Assembly: GCA_021810245.1 (NCBI GenBank)
Contig: JAJZJF010000003.1
Span: 1,052 to 65,051 of the forward strand
Origin: a bacterium
GTDB taxonomy: Bacteria; Elusimicrobiota; Elusimicrobia; UBA1565; UBA9628
Direction: 5' to 3'
DNA: 64,000 bases
The notes under the pieces were generated by a model, which was not told where the DNA came from, did not search any database, and was given only the letters and a program-made list of their open reading frames with translations. Each line of letters begins with the position of its first letter. The first letter of the stretch is position 1. Both the position numbers and the translations under genes were made by a program. This document shows positions 18,366 through 28,463 of this stretch, one piece after another.

Positions 18366-18827
18366 ATGGATCTATTAAAAATTGAGACGCTAATTAGCCC
18401 GCTCTTGGAACAGGAAGGGGCGGAATTGGTTGATTTGGAGTATGTTCGGGAAGGCTCGCAATGGATTCTCAGGGTTTATATCGATAAATCGCCGCGAATT
18501 TCCATCGATGATTGCGCCTATTTCTCGGACCGCATCGGCAGCTTGATTGATTCTTCCAAAGCGTTGTCGGCCTCTTACGTCTTGGAAGTCTCTTCCCCTG
18601 GAATCGACCGCGTTATCAAGAAAGAAAAAGATTTTCAGAGGTTTAGCGGCAAGGCCGCCAAGATTCAGTTAAAAGAGCCTTTGGAGGGACGTCGAAATTT
18701 TTCCGGTATTATCCGGGGGTGCCAGGAGGGGCAGGTAGCTTTCGAGTGCGAGGGAAAAACTTTTTCTTTCGGCCTTAGCGCAATTGAAGAGGCACGCCTT
18801 AACGAAGCGGCTCATCTGTCTATTTAA
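18366..18827 (+). CDS. rimP: Ribosome maturation factor RimP
   Basis: 153 aa with ...ELVDLEY...LRVYID...LEVSSPGIDR. Position immediately upstream of nusA. Confidence 0.9.
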   Translation: MDLLKIETLISPLLEQEGAELVDLEYVREGSQWILRVYIDKSPRISIDDCAYFSDRIGSLIDSSKALSASYVLEVSSPGIDRVIKKEKDFQRFSGKAAKIQLKEPLEGRRNFSGIIRGCQEGQVAFECEGKTFSFGLSAIEEARLNEAAHLSI

Positions 18828-18829
18828 AT

Positions 18830-20068
18830 ATGGCGAAATCAGAATTGATACTTGTTTTGGAACAAATCGAGCGCGATAAGGGCATTCCCAAAAACGAGAT
18901 ACTCCAGATGATTGAGAGCGCGGTGGTCAGCTCGCTGAGAAAATATGTCGGCAAAAATGCCGTCATTGAGGCCAATATTGACCCGGAAACGGCGCAATTT
19001 CAAGCGCGCGTCGTTAAAAAAGTGGTGGATGCTGTGCTTGATTCCGAAATGGAAATGAGTTTGGAAGAAGCGCGAAGAATAAAACCCGACGCCCAGATCG
19101 GAGATGAAATTCGTTTTCCCGCTCCCGCCGCCGATTTTGCCCGCATTGCGGCCCAGACCGCGAAGCAGCTTTTGACTCAAAAGGTGCGGGAGTCCGAGAG
19201 AGATAAGCTTTACGATGAATTCAAGCCTAAAGAAGGCCAGTTGACCGTGGGTTCGGTCCATCGTTTTATTGAACGCACAATCGTGGTTGATTTGGGGAAG
19301 GTGGAGGGCGTAATTCCCATGCGAGAGCAGATCCGCCGCGAGCGCTACAACGTTGGGATGAGCGTTCGCTGCGTCATTTTGAGAGTTGATCGGGCCTCTC
19401 AATCTCCACAGATTCTTTTGTCGCGGGCGGCGCCTCTTTTCTTGGAGCGTTTGCTTGAAATCGAAGTTCCGGAGATTAAAGATAAAACGGTTTCGATTAT
19501 TTCTATTGTTCGCGATCCCGGCTTTAGAGCGAAGGTTTTGGTCAAATCCAATGATCCCCAAATTGATCCGGTCGGAGCCTGCGTGGGCTTGCGCGGCTCT
19601 AGAATTCGCAGCTTGATGAATGAGTTGGCCGGAGAAAAAATTGATTTAATCGCCCACAACGATGAACCTGGGAAGCTTATTTCAAACGCCTTGTCTCCAG
19701 CGGTGGTCTCTCAGGTTAAAATCGTTGATGCCTCAGCCAAGAAAGCGATCGCTTTTGTTCCAGAATCTCAGTTTGCGATTGCCATTGGCAAGGAAGGCCA
19801 AAATTTAGATCTGGCTTGCCGGTTGATTGGCTGGAATATTGAGATTAAGTCCCAAATAGAAAAAAAGCCGGGGGAAAGCGCCTCACTCCCTCAGATAGAG
19901 GGCCTAAGCTCTAAGACAATGGATTTGTTGTCTCGCGCAGGTTTGTCTGACGTTCATAAGCTCGCGGAATTAAGCGTTGAATCTCTGACTCAGGTGGAAG
20001 GGATTACTGATAAGATGGCGGCAAAAATTATCGCAAAAGCCAAAGCGAGCCTTGAGAAAAAGGCGTAA
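18830..20068 (+). CDS. nusA: Transcription termination/antitermination factor NusA
   Basis: N-terminal domain, S1 and two KH domains (GACVGLRGSRI; AIGKEGQN), plus a C-terminal HhH region. Confidence 0.95.
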   Translation: MAKSELILVLEQIERDKGIPKNEILQMIESAVVSSLRKYVGKNAVIEANIDPETAQFQARVVKKVVDAVLDSEMEMSLEEARRIKPDAQIGDEIRFPAPAADFARIAAQTAKQLLTQKVRESERDKLYDEFKPKEGQLTVGSVHRFIERTIVVDLGKVEGVIPMREQIRRERYNVGMSVRCVILRVDRASQSPQILLSRAAPLFLERLLEIEVPEIKDKTVSIISIVRDPGFRAKVLVKSNDPQIDPVGACVGLRGSRIRSLMNELAGEKIDLIAHNDEPGKLISNALSPAVVSQVKIVDASAKKAIAFVPESQFAIAIGKEGQNLDLACRLIGWNIEIKSQIEKKPGESASLPQIEGLSSKTMDLLSRAGLSDVHKLAELSVESLTQVEGITDKMAAKIIAKAKASLEKKA

Positions 20069-20105
20069 GCCTCTTTCGTTTTTTCTAAAATGATATTATA
20101 GCTAT

Positions 20106-22577
20106 ATGCCTTCCAAAGCCAAGAAAAGTTCTGAACCTAAAGAAAAAGCCGAAAAAGAGAAAAAATCTGCCAAAACTTCGCGCGCCAAAAAAGCCCCTTC
20201 GGAGAAAGGAGAGTCGACAAAGAAAGCCAAGTCGGATTCTCCAAAGAAAAAAACTTCTGCCAAGCCTTCTATTGTCACGGCTCGCGCGGAAGAAAGGACT
20301 TTAAGCGAGGAAGGCTCGATCGCTCCTCCAACTTCTCATTTAGTCTCAGCTTTTGATTTGTTTAAACGGAAATCCGGGCCCGCTAGGCAGGTTCCTTCAG
20401 TCGCGCGTTTGGCTCCGGCGACTGGATTTAAGGGAACTCCTAACCCTGCGCCTAAGGAAAAACCCGCGGTTTCTCCAGCTCAAACTCCAGCCGCGTCTCC
20501 GGCGGCCCAGGTTCATCCCGCTCCCGCGCCGTCTAAGCCTGTCGTGGAAGAGCCGAAGAAAAGCGCGCCACAAGCTTCCGCTGCGGCAGCCCCGCCAGCG
20601 CCGACTCCCAAGTCAATTCCGGTTTCATCTCCGCCGAAAGCCGCGCCTCTTCCAACAGTTCCCCAAAAGGCGGTTTCCCCAGTTCAGCCAAAGCCGGTCG
20701 TTAAGGCGCCTCCTATTCCGACAAAGCCGCAACCTAAACCGCATCCCGCGGCCAAACCCGCTATTAATCTTTCCGCTCCGGCGGCTTCTCCCTCGATTCA
20801 GGCCAAACCAGCTTTGAGGGTTCTGGAAGTTCCCAGCATCATTACGGTTCGAGAGTTGGCCGAGAAAATGGAAGCCACTCCCAATGAATTGATCAAAAAA
20901 TTGATGAGTCTTGGAATCTTCGCTACCATTAATCAGCGCCTTGAAATTGATGCCGCGATGATTATCGCCCAGGAATTTAACTACGAATTAAAAGTGACGG
21001 CGATGTACAAAGAAGAAGAAATCGAGACTGCCCGCGGGCAAAAAGATTCTTCGGAAAATTTAAAATCGCGGCCTCCTATTATCACGGTCATGGGGCATGT
21101 CGATCACGGAAAAACTTCTCTTTTAGACTCGATTCGCTCAAGCAATGTCGCCACCGGAGAAGCGGGCGGCATTACCCAGCATATTGGGGCGTATAAGGTT
21201 ACGACCCCGAAAGGCGTTTTGGTTTTTTTAGATACCCCGGGCCACGAGGCGTTTACCGCGATGAGATCCCGCGGGGCCAAGGTCACCGATATCGTGGTTT
21301 TGGTCGTTAGTGCGGTTGATGGAATTATGCCGCAGACCATTGAGGCCATCGATCACGCCAAAGCCGCCGGAGTTCCAATCGTGGTCGCGGTCAATAAAAT
21401 CGATCTTCCCGGGGCGAACCCGCAAAAGATTCGCCAAGATCTCGCTCTTCACGGGCTTAATCCGGAGGAGTGGGGCGGAAAAACGATTTTTGTCGATGTC
21501 TCGGCCAAGAAAAAAACCAATATTGATCATCTTCTGGAAATGCTTTCTCTGCAAGCCGAACTTCTGGATTTGAAAGCTAATTATGATCGCGCGGCTTCCG
21601 GCATTGTTTTAGAAGCGAAGATGGATCCTCAAAGAGGAAGCGTCGCGACCTTGCTTGTTCAGTCGGGCGTGCTCAATATCGGAGATGCCTTGGTCGTGGG
21701 TTTGTGTCACGGCAAGGTTAAGGCGCTGGTAGATGAGCACGGAAAAAGGCTTGAAAAAGCGGAGCCGGCGACTCCTGTCGAGGTTCTTGGTTTATCGAAA
21801 ACGCCTCAGGCCGGAGATATTTTTAGCGTCGTTAAAAGCGAAAAAGAAGCCCGGGAAATCGCGGAAGAGCGGCAAAAACTCAACCGCGAACAGGTCTTGG
21901 CCCACCAGCGGCATGTCAGTCTCGTCAGCCTTAAATCCCAGCTGGGATCCGTGACCAAGGATTTAAATATTATTCTCAAAGCCGACGTTCAGGGGTCGCT
22001 TCAAGCTTTGCGCGATTCCCTAGAGAGCTTATCGACCAAGGAATGCCAAGTGCGCATCGTTCATGCCGGACTTGGGAGCGCTAACGAGTCGGATGTTCTT
22101 TTAGCTTCGGCTTCAAACGCGATTATTTTCCTTTTTAACAGCTCTTCTGAAGCGCGGGCCCGAGAACTGGCGGCGCGGGAAGAAGTGGAAATCCGTTCTT
22201 ATAAAATTATTTATGATCTGATTGCCGATGTCAAAGCGGCGCTGGAAGGGCTTTTGGCTCCCGAAATTGTAGAGGTGGTTGTTGGAAAAGCGGAAGTCAG
22301 GGAAATTTTTCCGCTCAAAGGGAAGTCCTTTGTCGCGGGCTCTTTCGTTCGGGAAGGAAAGGTTTCCCGCGGGGCGTTTGCCCGGGTGATTCGCAACGGA
22401 GCGAAAGTTTTTGAGGGGAAAGTCGTTAACCTCAAGCGCTTTAAAGATGACGTCAAAGAAGTGGAAAAAAATCTCGAATGCGGGATTCAAATTGACGGGA
22501 ACGTTTCTTATCAGCAAGGCGACACTCTCGAAATTTTCGTGAAAGAATCTCGAACGCGGCGGCTTGAGAGCGCCTGA
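20106..22577 (+). CDS. infB: Translation initiation factor IF-2
   Basis: GTPase motifs [14 protein letters not shown] and NKID. Long Lys- and Pro/Ala-rich N-terminus. nusA-infB-rbfA synteny. Confidence 0.97.
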   Translation: MPSKAKKSSEPKEKAEKEKKSAKTSRAKKAPSEKGESTKKAKSDSPKKKTSAKPSIVTARAEERTLSEEGSIAPPTSHLVSAFDLFKRKSGPARQVPSVARLAPATGFKGTPNPAPKEKPAVSPAQTPAASPAAQVHPAPAPSKPVVEEPKKSAPQASAAAAPPAPTPKSIPVSSPPKAAPLPTVPQKAVSPVQPKPVVKAPPIPTKPQPKPHPAAKPAINLSAPAASPSIQAKPALRVLEVPSIITVRELAEKMEATPNELIKKLMSLGIFATINQRLEIDAAMIIAQEFNYELKVTAMYKEEEIETARGQKDSSENLKSRPPIITVMGHVDHGKTSLLDSIRSSNVATGEAGGITQHIGAYKVTTPKGVLVFLDTPGHEAFTAMRSRGAKVTDIVVLVVSAVDGIMPQTIEAIDHAKAAGVPIVVAVNKIDLPGANPQKIRQDLALHGLNPEEWGGKTIFVDVSAKKKTNIDHLLEMLSLQAELLDLKANYDRAASGIVLEAKMDPQRGSVATLLVQSGVLNIGDALVVGLCHGKVKALVDEHGKRLEKAEPATPVEVLGLSKTPQAGDIFSVVKSEKEAREIAEERQKLNREQVLAHQRHVSLVSLKSQLGSVTKDLNIILKADVQGSLQALRDSLESLSTKECQVRIVHAGLGSANESDVLLASASNAIIFLFNSSSEARARELAAREEVEIRSYKIIYDLIADVKAALEGLLAPEIVEVVVGKAEVREIFPLKGKSFVAGSFVREGKVSRGAFARVIRNGAKVFEGKVVNLKRFKDDVKEVEKNLECGIQIDGNVSYQQGDTLEIFVKESRTRRLESA

Positions 22578-22583
22578 TCTGCC

Positions 22584-22928
22584 TTGTTTTCCCGGATTGA
22601 TCGACTTCAAGAACTTCTCCGCAAGGAAATTGTCGCTATACTGCCGACGATTCGCGATCCCGGCTTTTCAGGGCTCATCACCGTCACCGATATCGTTTTA
22701 TCCCGGGATATCAAAACCGCGCGAGTTTTTTACTCGGTGATGGGGAACCCGCGTCAGCGCATAAATTGCCAAAAAGCTCTTGTTCGCGCCACTCCCTATG
22801 TGCGCCAAAAGTTAAGCCAAAAATGGAGTGTTCGCATTTTGCCCGAGCTTATCTTTGAGTATGACGCGACGCCTGCCACGGCCTCCCGCATTGACAAAAT
22901 ACTGGATGATTTGAGGAATCAAGAGTGA
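22584..22928 (+). CDS. rbfA: Ribosome-binding factor A
   Basis: The protein is 114 aa. It has R...LLRKEI...I.DP......ITVTDI.LS.D...A.V.YS. TTG start. Confidence 0.9.
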   Translation: MFSRIDRLQELLRKEIVAILPTIRDPGFSGLITVTDIVLSRDIKTARVFYSVMGNPRQRINCQKALVRATPYVRQKLSQKWSVRILPELIFEYDATPATASRIDKILDDLRNQE

Positions 22929-23668
22929 AGCAGGATCTAGCGGGAATGATTTTATTTGACAAACCGGCGGGATGGACATCCCACGACGCGGTGAGCGCCT
23001 TTAGGCGTTTTTTTCCGAAAAATGAAAAGGCGGGACATTGCGGGACTCTCGATCCACTGGCGACCGGACTTCTCATTATTTTGGCGGGAAGGACCCGTAA
23101 ACTTCAGGCCCATATGCAAGGTTTGGACAAAATTTATTATGGGACAATCAAGCTTGGGGTCATCACCGATTCAGGAGACATTACCGGCAATGTTATTGAA
23201 AAAAGGCCGGTCCCCGCTTTGACATTGTCTGAAATCCAGCGCGTTCTAGATCAATATCTAGGAGAGATTTCCCTACCCGCGCCGATTTATTCCGCCGTCA
23301 AGCACAAGGGAAAACCGCTTTACCATTATGCCCGAAAGGGAATCGCCGTTCCGGAAAAACCAAGGAAATCGACGGTCTATCGTTGGGAAGCCTTAAACTA
23401 CGATCCCCATACCGGAGAGATCGACAATCGCCTGTTTTGCTCCAGCGGCACCTATGTCCGCGCCTTGGCCGAAGCGATAGGATCCAAGATTGGATGCGGG
23501 GCCATGGTTCAAACCTTAAGACGAGAAAAAATCGGCCCTTTTTCCGTGGATGAAGCCATTAATTTTGAATCGTTAAAGCGCCTAAAGACCGAAGACATTA
23601 AAAATTTGCTGGAATCAGGGACGATGAAATTGTTTCAAGTCGCTTCGGAAATGAAAACTAAGTTCTGA
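22925..23668 (+). CDS. truB: tRNA pseudouridine(55) synthase
   Basis: GMILFDKPAGWTSHD and the catalytic GHCGTLDPLATG motif. GTG start overlapping the rbfA stop. Confidence 0.93.
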   Translation: MKQDLAGMILFDKPAGWTSHDAVSAFRRFFPKNEKAGHCGTLDPLATGLLIILAGRTRKLQAHMQGLDKIYYGTIKLGVITDSGDITGNVIEKRPVPALTLSEIQRVLDQYLGEISLPAPIYSAVKHKGKPLYHYARKGIAVPEKPRKSTVYRWEALNYDPHTGEIDNRLFCSSGTYVRALAEAIGSKIGCGAMVQTLRREKIGPFSVDEAINFESLKRLKTEDIKNLLESGTMKLFQVASEMKTKF

Positions 23669-24117
23669 TGCTCTACCGTGGATTGGTCGTGCCCGGAGAT
23701 AAACTCGGGCGAAAACTGGGATACCCCACCGCTAATTTAAAAATCAGCCCGACTGTTCTGCCTAAAGATGGGGTTTATGCGGGCGAGGTTTTTGGCGATA
23801 AGCTGGGCGTTCGGCTTGGAGCGGTCAGCGTGGGCCGCAGGCCCACCGTGGCGGGAAATAAAAGGGTTTTTGAGGTCTATATCCCGGGATTTAAAGGAAA
23901 TCTCTACGGAACCAAGCTCCAGGTTTCCCTCGTTAAAAAAATCAGAGGTCAAAAGAAGTTTGCCTCCATAGAAGATTTGAAACGCCAGATTGCCGAGGAT
24001 GTTCGGAAAATTCTCAGTTTAAAGAAAGAAGATCGGGCAAGAGATCGGCAAACTCCCGATCGGAAGAAAACATCTCGTCTTTCGGAATTGAAGAAATCTC
24101 GGCCCAAAAAAGCTTAA
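23668..24117 (+). CDS. Monofunctional riboflavin kinase (RibF C-terminal domain only) with a basic C-terminal tail
   Basis: G.VV.G...GRKLGYPTANL..., GVYAG, RPT, FEVYI..F.G.LYG motifs of the RFK domain. No FAD-synthetase (nucleotidyltransferase) domain lies between truB and this ORF. Confidence 0.8.
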   Translation: MLYRGLVVPGDKLGRKLGYPTANLKISPTVLPKDGVYAGEVFGDKLGVRLGAVSVGRRPTVAGNKRVFEVYIPGFKGNLYGTKLQVSLVKKIRGQKKFASIEDLKRQIAEDVRKILSLKKEDRARDRQTPDRKKTSRLSELKKSRPKKA

Positions 24118-24445
24118 GAACATCGTCGTTGTTCCCGTTTTCTTTAAGCCTTCCCGCGGTTTTTTCCACTCTCCAAAAAGAGCTGACGATTTGAATCGGC
24201 CTTTGAGTGGATAAATGGAGTTTTTGGCTGGAAAAAAGAATTTTCCCGATCTTAATCGCCAGTCCGGTTTCTTCTTGATACTCCCTGATTAAGGCGTCTT
24301 GCGGCGCCTCTCCGATTTCAACTCCGCCACCCGGAAAATTGACGAATTCTCGATCGATAAACCGGCTTCGCGTCATCAGGACTTTCTTGTTTTCGATTAG
24401 GATTCCGTAGATGCGACAGCTAAAAGAGATGGGTTTTAAACTCAT
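24014..24445 (-). CDS. NUDIX hydrolase
   Basis: Nudix box GGGVEIGEAPQDALIREYQEETGL. Confidence 0.8.
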   Translation of the reverse strand: MSLKPISFSCRIYGILIENKKVLMTRSRFIDREFVNFPGGGVEIGEAPQDALIREYQEETGLAIKIGKILFSSQKLHLSTQRPIQIVSSFWRVEKTAGRLKENGNNDDVLKLFWAEISSIPKDEMFSSDREFADLLPDLLSLN

Positions 24446-24451
24446 TAAAAT

Positions 24452-24534
24452 TTGCGCGGGGAGGGACTCGAACCCTCACGCCTTGCGGCATACGCCCCTC
24501 AAACGTACGCGTCTGCCAGTTCCGCCACCCGCGC
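24452..24534 (-). tRNA. tRNA-Leu (anticodon GAG), class II with long variable arm
   Basis: The reverse complement folds as acceptor GCGCGGG/CCCGCGC and anticodon stem TACGT/GCGTA with loop TTGAGGG (GAG). It has a long variable arm and T-arm AGGGTTCGAGTCCCT. CCA is not encoded. Confidence 0.9.
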
Positions 24535-24544
24535 GTAAATGAAA

Positions 24545-24871
24545 TTATTTCTTTTTATTAGTAGAAGCAGGCGGAGTAGCGGGGGCCTGTTGAGCTGCCG
24601 GCGCGCTCGGAAGCGAAAACCGAGACGTGACGCTCGACATTCCGCTTTTGGCCGACAACAAAGAGAGAAAAAGAGAGGTAAAGGCGAAAGCTCCGGCCAG
24701 CGCCCCGGTTAAATTGCGCATGAAACTCGATCCGGTCGGAGTAGTAATGAGGGAATCTCCCGAGCTCCCAAACAGGGCTAGCCCCGCTCCGCGCCCGGTT
24801 TGGAGGAGTACCACCAAAATCATCAGAACGCAGACGGAGACGTGAATCGCTAAAATAAGATGATAGAACAT
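24545..24871 (-). CDS. secG: Preprotein translocase subunit SecG
   Basis: LILAIHVSVCVLMILVVLLQTGRGAGL...FGSSG signature. Start set to the ATG at 24871 because the tracked extension runs into the upstream helicase gene. Confidence 0.85.
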   Translation of the reverse strand: MFYHLILAIHVSVCVLMILVVLLQTGRGAGLALFGSSGDSLITTPTGSSFMRNLTGALAGAFAFTSLFLSLLSAKSGMSSVTSRFSLPSAPAAQQAPATPPASTNKKK

Positions 24872-24875
24872 AGAG

Positions 24876-27800
24876 TTAATCCTGAAAAACGTCTTTTTCA
24901 TTATACCATATCGGGCTTTCGGGGCGGCGCAGGAAAACAAGCTCAAAGCGCGCTTTTTTTTTCAAGGTTGTTTCCACGGCCTGAAGGTAGGCACGGGCTT
25001 GAGGGAGGTAGCGTTTCAAAGCGAGTTTCTCCTCTTCTTGGGACTTCGGAGCCGGTCCGGTTTTATAATCGGCGATAACCGTTTGATTTCCACTTTGATA
25101 GACCAGATCGATGGTTCCTCGAATGATGGAATTGTTTTCCCGGTAGGCAAATGGAATCTCTCTTCCTAAAATCTCAGATTGTATGATTGTTTTCGCGGTA
25201 GATGAATCTAAAAAATTCTGAATTAATTGCTCGGCCTCTCCGATCAGTTTTGGATCAGGTGGGGTTAAAGAGAGTTGTGATATAAAAACCGCGGCGCGAT
25301 GGATGAGGGGCCGAATTTCTCCGGGATTTTTGAAATCAAGAATCTTTAAGGCCTCGTGGCAAAGTTGCCCTAAAACTGCGGCTTGATTGAGCCGAGGAAG
25401 CGCATCTTCATCGTCAAAAAGGCGGGTGGCAGTTTGAGTGGGGGCTAAAGACCAGGGGCGAGGCCCAAGGCTTTCAATCTCAAATCGTTTCTTCCATTTC
25501 AAAGCCCATTTCTCGGGCGCAATTGGAATTTTATTTGTTGGCTTTAGACGCTCCGGATTTGTATCTAAAAGAGAGGAATCGATATTGATGTCTTGGGAGG
25601 GCAGGCTTAAATCGGCCGACAAAAACTGGGAGAAGGAATAATCACCGGGGGAAAAGTCTTTGTCTCCAATGAGAAATATTTTGTCCTTGGCTCGGGTGAG
25701 GCCCACATAGAGAAGGCGAAGGGCCTCATGGTTGAGGCGTTCTTTTTCGCTGATTCTTAGGACAGCCATATTTAAAGAAGCGGCTCTGGCCTTGGACAGA
25801 TAAAACCCGACTGTTTGAGTTTTCCAATCCGTCAAAGAAAAGGGAATTTCATTGGATTGCCCCGCTGAGGATATTCGCGGTATAAAGACGATGGGAAATT
25901 CAAGGCCTTTGGCTTTATGAATGGTCAATAGCCGAACGCAGTCGAGAGAATCGTCAGCCAAAGGGCTTTCGCCTTCTTCTTCCCCCGATTGAACTTCCCG
26001 TAATATTTGCTCGATCATTTCCCGCGCGGTCAAGCCCTCTTTGTCGGCGATTTCCTCGGCGAGTCGAGAGGCTTTGAGAATGTTAGACACCGCTTGCGCG
26101 CCGTGATAAGCTCTGGCCGCGATTGGCAGAAGAGCGGTTTCTTCAATTACGCGGTCTAAAAAAATAGGAAGCGGTATGCGCCCTAATTGAGAGCGAAGAT
26201 TTTCGAGGATTTTTTGCAAAGCCTCCGCGCTTTTCCCCTTGTTTCTCCCAGGTTGAAGATTTGAGTCTTTGGTGTCGGTCAGCGGAGATCTCAAAACCCC
26301 GTTGAGGGCGATTTGATCGTTAGGGTCGTCTAAAACGCGGATGAGGTTCATGAAATCGATAAACTCTTGAGAGGAATAAAGAGAGTTTTTGAGCTGCGCG
26401 GCGTAAGGGATTTGAGCGTCTTTAAGAGCTTCGATTAGATAGGAACTCCCCAATTGAGTGCGCCAGAGAACGGCGACATCTTTATAGCGGATTTTTTTTT
26501 GAGGCCCGCAATTTTTTTCAATCCATTGACAAATCCATTGCGCCTCCGCTTTTTGAAAATCCTGGGATTTGGCCGAGTCTCCGGGGAAACTCAACTTGAC
26601 GATTTGAAGGGCGGAATCAGAGCCTAGGGTTTGCGTGGTTTCAAGATTTTGATGGGCCGCCTGAAGCCCCTTGATTTCTCTCATCGTCTTGGAAAATAGA
26701 GAGTTGATTGGAAGCAAGACTTCGGCTTTGCTTCTAAAATTGAGATTTAAAGACAAGGCTTTAGATTTCGGCTGAGATAAAATTTTTTGCGTGAAATCTT
26801 GATAGGCGGCAATGTCAGCCCCGCGAAAGCGGTAGATCGATTGCTTGGGATCTCCCACCACGAAAACTCGGCCCGAGCCCAGGGTCACTTTTTCCCAATC
26901 CAGAGCCGTTGAATGAGGGTCTTCCGCCAGAAAAAATAGAATTTCCCCTTGCAGGGGATCGGTGTCTTGGAATTCATCTACCAAGAATGAATGATAGCGG
27001 CGCTTAATTTCGTTTCGGATTTTTAGGTTGTATTTAAGGAGATTTCGAGCCTCAATCAATAGACCGTCAAAAGAGATGAATCCTGCTTTTCTAAAGGAAC
27101 CGCGAATTTTGTCACAGAAGGGCGTCAAGAGACTGGTCGCTTTTTCGACGAAGGCGTGTTTTTCCGGAGAGCAGTATTTCGCTATTTTTTGGGCATGTCC
27201 ATAGATGATTGCTTCCTCTTCGTAATCTTCCCACGCCTTTGGCCATTTCGGCCAAGAAGTTTCTGTTTCACTGGGGGCCCAGCTTTCCAATATATTCGTA
27301 CCCGATTTTTTTGCCTCCGGAATCTGAGCGAGCGCCCGAATTTGGTTTTTTAAATCAGAAAATTTATCTAGAAACGCCTTGCTTTTTGGGGGAGGCTTTC
27401 CCTGGGGTATTTCTTCTAATTTTTTGAGTAGAAGCTTTAAACTCTCCAAGGTTTCCCTTGAGGTTTGATGAATTAAATCGAGAGGAATTTCTTTTTGAGC
27501 TAATTGTCTGGCTAATTCTTTTAAATCTTTGATCGTGACGAATTTGAGAATTTGAAGCCAATCTTCTTTCCGCGGCATTAAAGAGCCCAATTCATTGTCC
27601 AGCCATTCTTCCCATTCTGATTCAAAGATTCTGTTAAAATTGCGTCCTTGATCGATCTCAAAGCTTGGGGAAAGCCCCGCATCCAGGGGATAGAGCCTTA
27701 GAATTCGCGCGACAAAGGAGTGAAAAGTTTCTATGGGCGCTCGTTCGAGTTGGTTTAAGGCCAAACTGACTCTTTCTTCAATGACTTGATCGACAAGAGA

Positions 27801-28109
27801 AAAGCGCTCCTTCAAAGAGTCCAGCAATTTTCTTGTCGCGGGTTGTGCCTCATCGGGGCGACGAATCAAGGTCGCGATTTGATGGAGCTGTTGCGCCAGG
27901 CGTATTTTCATCTCAGCCGCGGCTTTGTTGGTAAAGGTTAGAGCCGCGATACTTTCAAGAGGATATCCTCGGCCGCTGTCACCGGCAAGCGTCAAGGAGA
28001 GAATCCGCGCGATGAGAAGGGATGTTTTTCCGGTTCCGGCCGCCGCTTCGACGACCATGTTGGAGCTTAAATCAAATTGAGCCGCCTGGCGGCTTTCAGA
28101 ATCGTTCAT
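24876..28109 (-). CDS. UvrD/Rep-type helicase fused to a C-terminal PD-(D/E)XK nuclease (AddA/RecB-like)
   Basis: Walker A AAAGTGKTS, FLVDEFQDTD, VGDPKQSIYRFRGA and TIHKAKGLEF are present. The C-terminal nuclease motif is RGTIDLVY...ADYKTG. Confidence 0.85.
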   Translation of the reverse strand: MNDSESRQAAQFDLSSNMVVEAAAGTGKTSLLIARILSLTLAGDSGRGYPLESIAALTFTNKAAAEMKIRLAQQLHQIATLIRRPDEAQPATRKLLDSLKERFSLVDQVIEERVSLALNQLERAPIETFHSFVARILRLYPLDAGLSPSFEIDQGRNFNRIFESEWEEWLDNELGSLMPRKEDWLQILKFVTIKDLKELARQLAQKEIPLDLIHQTSRETLESLKLLLKKLEEIPQGKPPPKSKAFLDKFSDLKNQIRALAQIPEAKKSGTNILESWAPSETETSWPKWPKAWEDYEEEAIIYGHAQKIAKYCSPEKHAFVEKATSLLTPFCDKIRGSFRKAGFISFDGLLIEARNLLKYNLKIRNEIKRRYHSFLVDEFQDTDPLQGEILFFLAEDPHSTALDWEKVTLGSGRVFVVGDPKQSIYRFRGADIAAYQDFTQKILSQPKSKALSLNLNFRSKAEVLLPINSLFSKTMREIKGLQAAHQNLETTQTLGSDSALQIVKLSFPGDSAKSQDFQKAEAQWICQWIEKNCGPQKKIRYKDVAVLWRTQLGSSYLIEALKDAQIPYAAQLKNSLYSSQEFIDFMNLIRVLDDPNDQIALNGVLRSPLTDTKDSNLQPGRNKGKSAEALQKILENLRSQLGRIPLPIFLDRVIEETALLPIAARAYHGAQAVSNILKASRLAEEIADKEGLTAREMIEQILREVQSGEEEGESPLADDSLDCVRLLTIHKAKGLEFPIVFIPRISSAGQSNEIPFSLTDWKTQTVGFYLSKARAASLNMAVLRISEKERLNHEALRLLYVGLTRAKDKIFLIGDKDFSPGDYSFSQFLSADLSLPSQDINIDSSLLDTNPERLKPTNKIPIAPEKWALKWKKRFEIESLGPRPWSLAPTQTATRLFDDEDALPRLNQAAVLGQLCHEALKILDFKNPGEIRPLIHRAAVFISQLSLTPPDPKLIGEAEQLIQNFLDSSTAKTIIQSEILGREIPFAYRENNSIIRGTIDLVYQSGNQTVIADYKTGPAPKSQEEEKLALKRYLPQARAYLQAVETTLKKKARFELVFLRRPESPIWYNEKDVFQD

Positions 28110-28124
28110 TGGATTCTTCGGGGA

Positions 28125-28454
28125 TTATTTATGCTGGAAAATGAAAAACGCGGCTAAAATTAAAAAGGAGAATCCGACAAAGTGGTTCCACCTCAATTTT
28201 TCTCCCAAATAGAACGTAGCGAAAACTACAAATACGGTGAGAGTGATGATTTCTTGGATGGTCTTTAGCTGAACGACCGAAAACTCGCCATATCCGATGC
28301 GGTTGGCCGGCACTTGAAAACAATATTCAAAAAAGGCGATGCCCCAGCTGATTACGATCACCTTCCAGAGGGGAACTTGGCGGTAGCGCAGATGTCCATA
28401 CCAGGCGAAGGTCATGAAAACGTTCGAAGCGATTAAAAGAAGAATCGTTTTCAT
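28125..28454 (-). CDS. Small DMT-superfamily membrane protein (DUF486-like)
   Basis: 109 aa with four TM segments. The N-terminus LLIASNVFMTFAWYGHLRY is characteristic of this family. Confidence 0.72.
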   Translation of the reverse strand: MKTILLLIASNVFMTFAWYGHLRYRQVPLWKVIVISWGIAFFEYCFQVPANRIGYGEFSVVQLKTIQEIITLTVFVVFATFYLGEKLRWNHFVGFSFLILAAFFIFQHK

Positions 28455-28463
28455 GAGGAGTTG

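Noticed and set aside
18839-19561. 240-aa ORF antisense to nusA
   Set aside because: It lies entirely inside a confidently identified nusA. The translation is low-complexity (Arg/Asn/Phe-rich) with no motifs, which is typical of a shadow ORF.
20353-20817. 154-aa alternative-frame ORF in the infB 5' region
   Set aside because: It arises from the Pro/Ala/Lys-rich low-complexity N-terminal region of IF-2. The Arg/Leu/Pro-rich translation is a frame artefact.
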